The notes under the pieces are model-generated. The model ran no database searches. It saw only the letters and a program-made list of their open reading frames with translations, and was not told the DNA's origin. From positions 1 to 64,000 of the IMG/VR virus record IMGVR_UViG_3300002835_000030: 64,000 bases of DNA; one strand, written 5' to 3'. Positions 58,376 through 64,000 of the stretch are shown here, in pieces (the first letter of the stretch is position 1; each line of letters opens with the position of its first letter). The DNA comes from a virus. The position numbers were made by a program, and so were the translations under genes.

Positions 58376-61231
58376 ATGGCATCAACAGACAGAATTTTTG
58401 TAAGTCCCGGAGTATTCACATCAGAAAAGGACTTAACATTCGTAACGAGACAAGTCGGTGTAACAACATTAGGATTGTTAGGGGAAGTCCCTAAAGGTCC
58501 TGCGTTTGAACCGGTATTTGTTTCTAACTATGGTGAATTTATAAGTTATTTTGGAGGACTTAATCCTGAAAAATTTAAGGGTAGTGGTTTTCACAAATAC
58601 GAATTAAATTATATCGCTAAATCATTTTTAACCCAAACCAACCAATTGTATGTAAGTAGAGTTTTAGGTTTATCTGGTTATGATGCGGGTAATGCGTGGT
58701 CAATCACATTGGATTCCGCTGAGGATCCTAATACGGTAGGTAGTGCATCTACAGTTACAGGTACGTTATTAACATATACCGCTAAAACAACAGGTAATCC
58801 AGTTACATTAAGTTGGAATAACGCTAACTTAGAGGCATTATATAATGACGGTCAATTTTCACTATCAACATTAGGATTATTAAATACTGGACAGACTATT
58901 TCAATATCTAACCCAATATATGTTAAAACAGGATGTGACTTTAGTGGGGCAACTTTCGATATGGAAGTTATTGCCACAGGAACTAGTGGTGGATTTGTAA
59001 CGGGTGTGACTAGTGGTACTGTAGTTAGTTATACCGCAACTTGTTTAACGGACATTGATGGTAGTGTTATTACAACATTGAGATCAAGAGGTGATTATGA
59101 CGCAAATGAAGAATTAGTATTTGATGTTACAGGTGCAACTGACGCAGTTATGAGTAACACATCGAGTATTAAATCTAACGCATTGGCGTCATTCACAATT
59201 AATGGTACTGCAAGTAATGGTAATACATTTAGTTATGATGTATCAATGGATAGAACTAAAAAGAATTTTTTACCTAGAGTATTTGGTAGTTCAACACAAG
59301 ATAAAGAAACAGAATTATGGGTTGAGGAAATCTATACAAACGTATTGGAGGACTTAATTGGAAAAAGTCAAGTTAGAGGTTTAGATGTAACTTTCAATAG
59401 TATTTCAGGAACGTCAACAAATAACTTATCAAACTATAAAGAACAATGGAAATCTGCTGTATCACCTTGGGTTCTTTCAGAATTAAAAGGTACTGGTACC
59501 GGCGCAACATTACAAAGACTTTTTAGATTTGTAACTATTTCTGATGGTAATGCGGCTAATCAAGATGTTAAATTCTCAATTGTCAATATACAACCTGATA
59601 ATAAAACATTTGATTTGTTAGTTAGAAATTTTAACGATACAGACGCCAACCCATCTGTAATCGAAAAATTCTCTTCGTTGAATTTAGATGTTAATACAAC
59701 AGGATTCATTGGGAGGAAAATAGGTACTAACGACGGGGAATACCCATTAAGAAGTAAGTACATAATGGTTGAGTTCTACGATAATGACATACAATCTTCA
59801 TATTTAGATGATCCTGATTTAGTTAATCACTTTCCTGCGGGATTTGAGGGTGTATTAAATAGAACTTACATTGGAACTAGAACTTCATTATCACCTAAGA
59901 TTGAATACAAAACAGAATATACAGATTTTAATACTTCTAAATTAAGAAAAACTTATTTAGGGTTAAATAGTGATATCGGAGTAGATCAAGACTTCTTCGA
60001 TTATAAAGGTAAAAACGCAGTTAACAACGGAGTATTCACAGGCAAAACTGATGGATTCCACTTAGATGTAAACGCAAATGGTGCGACAGTTGATTTAGGA
60101 AATAATAGTTATGTTCCTACACTACAAGTTGGTGTGTCAGCGTTCACATCAGACGCAGGATTAGTAGGTGGACCTTATGAGAAGTTAGCGTCAAGAAAAT
60201 TCACATTCACATCATTCGGTGGATGGGATGGATGGGATGAGTATAGAACTCAAAGAACTAATGGTGACTCTTATACTAAGACAGGAACCAAAGGTTCTAT
60301 AGGTTTAACAAACGGAACGTTCTCTACTTATGTAACATCTGAAGGTGATGATGGAATTACTTCTGACTACTACGCATACTTAGATGGTATTTACACTTTT
60401 AACAATCCTGAAGCGGTTAATATTAACGTATTCGCAACACCAGGTATTGATTTAAGAGACAATATCAGTTTGATTGAAAATGCGGTAGATATGGTAGAAG
60501 TTGATAGAGCGGATTCACTATATGTAATCACAACACCCGATACTGATGCAGATGGAATTGCGATAACTCCATCAGAAGCGGTAGACATTATAGAAGATTC
60601 GGGAATCGATTCTAATTATTCTGCCACATACTGGCCATGGTTACAGATGAATGATACTGAAAATAACAGATATGTATGGTTACCACCGACATTAGAAGTT
60701 ATGAGAAACATCGCCCTTACGGATAACGTAGCGTTCCCTTGGTTCGCAGCGGCAGGTTTAAATAGAGGAACTACAAACGCAATCAAAGCGAGAGTGAAAC
60801 TTAAATTAGATGAAAGAGATGACTTATACGAAGGTAGAATTAACCCAATGGCGACATTCTCAGACGTAGGAGTTGTAATATTTGGTAATAAAACTTTACA
60901 AGTTAAAGAAACCGCACTTAACAGAATCAATGTTAGAAGATTGTTGTTACAGGCGAGAAAACTTATTTCAGCGGTGTCAATCAGATTGTTATTCGAACAA
61001 AATGATGATGTTGTAAGAAATCAGTTTTTAAGTTTGGTTAACCCAATATTGGATAACATTAGAAAAGAGAGAGGTTTAACTGACTTTAGAGTTGTATTAG
61101 ATGACACACCAGAGTCTATTGATAGAAACGAACTTAATGGTAGAATCTTTATTAAACCAACAAGATCGTTAGAATTCATTTCAATTGAGTTCAACATCAC
61201 CAACACTGGAGCATCTTTCGATGATATTTAA
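58376..61231 (+). CDS. gp18: Contractile tail sheath protein
   Basis: SPGVFTSEKD, KGPAFEP, YWPW, WFAAAGLNRG, INP, GNKTLQ, RINVRRL, FEQND, IKPTRSLEFI. Confidence 0.96.
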   Translation: MASTDRIFVSPGVFTSEKDLTFVTRQVGVTTLGLLGEVPKGPAFEPVFVSNYGEFISYFGGLNPEKFKGSGFHKYELNYIAKSFLTQTNQLYVSRVLGLSGYDAGNAWSITLDSAEDPNTVGSASTVTGTLLTYTAKTTGNPVTLSWNNANLEALYNDGQFSLSTLGLLNTGQTISISNPIYVKTGCDFSGATFDMEVIATGTSGGFVTGVTSGTVVSYTATCLTDIDGSVITTLRSRGDYDANEELVFDVTGATDAVMSNTSSIKSNALASFTINGTASNGNTFSYDVSMDRTKKNFLPRVFGSSTQDKETELWVEEIYTNVLEDLIGKSQVRGLDVTFNSISGTSTNNLSNYKEQWKSAVSPWVLSELKGTGTGATLQRLFRFVTISDGNAANQDVKFSIVNIQPDNKTFDLLVRNFNDTDANPSVIEKFSSLNLDVNTTGFIGRKIGTNDGEYPLRSKYIMVEFYDNDIQSSYLDDPDLVNHFPAGFEGVLNRTYIGTRTSLSPKIEYKTEYTDFNTSKLRKTYLGLNSDIGVDQDFFDYKGKNAVNNGVFTGKTDGFHLDVNANGATVDLGNNSYVPTLQVGVSAFTSDAGLVGGPYEKLASRKFTFTSFGGWDGWDEYRTQRTNGDSYTKTGTKGSIGLTNGTFSTYVTSEGDDGITSDYYAYLDGIYTFNNPEAVNINVFATPGIDLRDNISLIENAVDMVEVDRADSLYVITTPDTDADGIAITPSEAVDIIEDSGIDSNYSATYWPWLQMNDTENNRYVWLPPTLEVMRNIALTDNVAFPWFAAAGLNRGTTNAIKARVKLKLDERDDLYEGRINPMATFSDVGVVIFGNKTLQVKETALNRINVRRLLLQARKLISAVSIRLLFEQNDDVVRNQFLSLVNPILDNIRKERGLTDFRVVLDDTPESIDRNELNGRIFIKPTRSLEFISIEFNITNTGASFDDI

Positions 61232-61242
61232 TAATAAATTAT

Positions 61243-61273
61243 AATAATGGGTGGGTAACCACCCATTATTTTT
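61243..61273 (+). terminator. Rho-independent terminator
   Basis: aataatgggtgg-gtaa-ccacccattatt followed by Ts. Confidence 0.85.
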
Positions 61274-61289
61274 AATAAAATAAAAAATC

Positions 61290-61787
61290 ATGAAAATTAA
61301 GAAAAATGGTAAGGTGATTACTTTAACAGAATCTGATTTAATCAGAATTGTTAAGAAATTAATGGTAGAACAAAATAATAATGGTTTAACGACATTGACT
61401 AAAATAGAGGATGATATAAAAACCAACCCTGAAAGTGTTAATAAAGGTTTATTATCTCCATCATCAGGGTTGATGATAACAAGTGATAATGGGTGGAAAG
61501 TTTATGAAAAAGGTAATATAAAAGGGATTACTCGAAGTTTTGTGGGGAAACATTCGGGTAGTCCCCTAAATTTAGGTGATGTTAATACATCCATTCAAAT
61601 ATCCTCACAAAACAATGGAACAATTAGTATATCAATTCAGATGAAGGGAAAGAGTAAAAATATTACTTTAGGAAATGAGGTTAAAACCCTTAACGAATTA
61701 AACAAATCAATTTTAGAGAAATTAAGTAGTGACGAAAAGCAAATGTTTGGGTTTGATACCCCAAAGTTGTCTAAAAACAGTAAATAA
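61290..61787 (+). CDS. Hypothetical protein with LTESDL leader
   Basis: Begins MKIKKNGKVITLTESDLIRIVKKLMVEQ. Confidence 0.7.
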   Translation: MKIKKNGKVITLTESDLIRIVKKLMVEQNNNGLTTLTKIEDDIKTNPESVNKGLLSPSSGLMITSDNGWKVYEKGNIKGITRSFVGKHSGSPLNLGDVNTSIQISSQNNGTISISIQMKGKSKNITLGNEVKTLNELNKSILEKLSSDEKQMFGFDTPKLSKNSK

Positions 61788-61808
61788 AAAAATATAAAAT
61801 TAAAAATT

Positions 61809-61994
61809 ATGAAAATAAAGAAGGATGGAAAAGTGATTAATCTGACGGAATCAGATTTAAAAAGAATTGTAAAAGAACAAAGTAGTGAATCTTTAAAAAT
61901 GCAAGGTGTTGACGCAGATGATTCACATATGGAACGTATTACCGATTTAGAGTTTAGAGTTGGTAAAATAGAAAAAATGATGAAGGGGAAATAA
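61809..61994 (+). CDS. Small protein with LTESDL leader
   Basis: Begins MKIKKDGKVINLTESDLKRIVKEQ. Confidence 0.7.
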   Translation: MKIKKDGKVINLTESDLKRIVKEQSSESLKMQGVDADDSHMERITDLEFRVGKIEKMMKGK

Positions 61995-62026
61995 AAACGT
62001 TTCGAAAAAAATAATTTTAATATTCT

Positions 62027-62054
62027 AAACCTATCGAATTCGATAGGTTTTTTT
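62027..62054 (+). terminator. Palindromic terminator
   Basis: aaacctatcg-aatt-cgataggttt followed by a T-run. Confidence 0.8.
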
Positions 62055-62078
62055 ATTTTATACGAATATTTATATTGT

Positions 62079-62903
62079 ATGAATATTAAACTTACAGAGT
62101 CACAATATAAACTATTAAAAGAGTTTAAGAAAAAAGCGTATTCTTTTGATTGGGATGATAACATATTGATTATGCCCACAATAATACATTTGGATTATAG
62201 AGTTGGTAATACGGACACATATGTACCGGTTTCAGTTTCCACAGAACAATTTAGAAATGTTAGACATAAATTAGGTAATGAGTTTAGATATCTTAATAAT
62301 GATATCACACAATCATTTAAAGATTTCAGAGATTATGACGCATTTATAGAAGACACAAAAAAGGCGTTATATCAAAATAAAATCGGACCTAGTTTTCAAA
62401 AATTTAAAGAGTCGTTAATAAGTGGTAGTGACTTTTCTATAATCACCGCCAGATCCAATCCACCACAGGCGATTAAAGAAGGTATTAAAGTAATTATAAA
62501 TAATGCGTTTAGTAATGTGGAAAGAGAAGAGATGGAAAAGAATCTTAATGGTTTATCTATAGATGAGTATTTAAATCTACAAGATTATCATCCTGTATCT
62601 TCATCAGAGTTCGCCAAACAATTCGGATTAGAAAGTGTGTCAACTAGTCCCGAAGAAGGAAAAAAGATTGCTTTTAAGAGTTTTGTAGATAGAGTGGTAC
62701 AACAAATATCGAATATAAAAGATGATGGAGAATTTGAGGGTATTAGTGTTGGATTTAGTGACGATGATTTAGAAAATGTAGAAGTAGTAGAAGATTTAAT
62801 TAGAGATGAATTACAAGTCTTGTATCCCGAAATTAATTTTATCGTATATGATACTTCAGACCCAAAAGACACAAAAAAGAAAAGGATTATTATAAAAAAA
62901 TAG
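62079..62903 (+). CDS. HAD-superfamily hydrolase with LTESQ leader
   Basis: FDWDDNI (motif I), ITAR (II), K (III), GFSDDD (IV). Confidence 0.75.
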   Translation: MNIKLTESQYKLLKEFKKKAYSFDWDDNILIMPTIIHLDYRVGNTDTYVPVSVSTEQFRNVRHKLGNEFRYLNNDITQSFKDFRDYDAFIEDTKKALYQNKIGPSFQKFKESLISGSDFSIITARSNPPQAIKEGIKVIINNAFSNVEREEMEKNLNGLSIDEYLNLQDYHPVSSSEFAKQFGLESVSTSPEEGKKIAFKSFVDRVVQQISNIKDDGEFEGISVGFSDDDLENVEVVEDLIRDELQVLYPEINFIVYDTSDPKDTKKKRIIIKK

Positions 62904-64000
62904 AATAAACCAAATTACCACAATCATATATTCTATTATAACCTCTTTCAAACATAATTTCTTGTTCAGTTTTATTGGAATCAAAACCTTCTGAAACTAA
63001 TATATCTTTTCTAAATTTATATCTATGTTCTCTTTTTTTGTTGACTACATAATGATAGTTTGGTTTAGATGTATTTTTATAAACAAAACCTAATTTATTA
63101 TATAGATTACCATCACTCCATCTTATATCTGCATAACTAGTAATATTCGTTGGGTTATTCTCTTTAATAAAATGTTTTAATAATTTAGACGGACCACCAA
63201 TAACAGAATGATTTATTTTATTACAAAAACGTAATAACTCCCATTCGTAGTTAGAACCATTCATAACATTACGTCCTTTACCAAATGTCATTATAGATAC
63301 AAGTTCATCATTATAATACAAACCATAATTTATTTTACTACCAACACTACCTTGTATATGATTGTCATTTAGGAATTTAGTTTTTATTTTGGTTGGTACT
63401 TTTTTAATAATACATTTTCTACCATATATCCTATTATCTGTCAATCCCAATAGATTTTTAATTCTACTTTTCACAATTTCTTTCTTATTGTCCCATTCGT
63501 CCTCAAATATGTGAATTAAACGTATCCCTTCTTTATTACATTCGTTTGTTTTATCGATATGATATATTTTGTCTTTGAATAAGTCACAATGATAATATAA
63601 ACCATTTAACTCAAAACCTATATTCTTCTCTTTAACTAATATATCAATTTCTTTTCCATTTAATATATCTCTATCACTTGTTGTCACATCAAAACCTAAA
63701 TCACTTATAAAATCAGATAACTCTTTCTCTTTGATTGATCTTAACTCACTCACAGGATTACATAGGGTACAACAATTTAAATTATTGTCAAAACGATAGA
63801 ATAATAAACTTCTGTCAATGTCATAGTTTTGATTACACTTATCACATTCTAATGTAACATAACTACCCCTATCATTTATTATTTTTAATGTCTTATACTT
63901 TTTATTGAATTTTTTTAGTTTCGATATGATATTACTTTCTCTATTATTTTCTAATAATAAATTAGTGGATACACCATATTTTCTAATATTAGTTTTTCTC
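62890..64000 (-). CDS. Hef-like homing endonuclease (5' end beyond window)
   Basis: Frame is open to the window edge (KTNIRKYG, CDKC..CTLC). EIDI..IGFELNGLYYH, IHIFEDEW, ELLRFC, IYDCG. Confidence 0.8.
   Translation of the reverse strand, partial: RKTNIRKYGVSTNLLLENNRESNIISKLKKFNKKYKTLKIINDRGSYVTLECDKCNQNYDIDRSLLFYRFDNNLNCCTLCNPVSELRSIKEKELSDFISDLGFDVTTSDRDILNGKEIDILVKEKNIGFELNGLYYHCDLFKDKIYHIDKTNECNKEGIRLIHIFEDEWDNKKEIVKSRIKNLLGLTDNRIYGRKCIIKKVPTKIKTKFLNDNHIQGSVGSKINYGLYYNDELVSIMTFGKGRNVMNGSNYEWELLRFCNKINHSVIGGPSKLLKHFIKENNPTNITSYADIRWSDGNLYNKLGFVYKNTSKPNYHYVVNKKREHRYKFRKDILVSEGFDSNKTEQEIMFERGYNRIYDCGNLVYSIFL

Noticed and set aside
4302-62872. Antisense or nested ORFs in the track (e.g. 4312, 10783, 52811, 53828, 60616, 61637, 62588)
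   Set aside because: They are shadow frames of well-supported genes on the opposite strand, with no recognisable motifs.
1-64000. Stop-codon reassignment (code 15 or 4), as seen in some large phages
   Set aside because: The standard code gives near-complete coding density, and TAA, TAG and TGA all end intact genes.
1-64000. CRISPR array, tRNA or rRNA genes
   Set aside because: No spaced direct repeats or cloverleafs were seen, and intergenic gaps are short.

Overview
A 64 kb, very AT-rich and densely coding segment of a large T4-like (myovirus) phage genome, read in the standard genetic code. TAnnTTTG boxes and A-rich, SD-less leaders suggest a Bacteroidota host. From left to right: the 3' end of the major capsid gene; a minus-strand baseplate/spike block; a gp55-like late sigma factor; a ~27 kb glycan-biosynthesis region (gmd/fcl, ~16 glycosyltransferases, FkbM methyltransferase, and a PRK-like/aldolase/phosphatase/nucleotidyltransferase module, with PhoH and dUTPase nearby); head-associated hypotheticals and a stand-alone WYL protein; PolB with one intein; neck proteins; an SNF2 helicase with two inteins (one class 3); a chain of tail-fibre-like genes; the tail sheath; and a Hef-like homing endonuclease. 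The most striking unexplained signal is a [S/T]-G-x-T tetrapeptide that is highly enriched in virion-surface proteins and nearly absent from the replication enzymes. Together with the glycan locus, it suggests a sequon-directed virion O-glycosylation system. Other signals: an ATATTTAT late-promoter motif, a shared LTESxL/LxE head-targeting leader, and C-terminal GGxY / N-terminal docking modules in consecutive fibre genes. All product calls come from motif recognition by eye and all counts are manual; no database searches were run.
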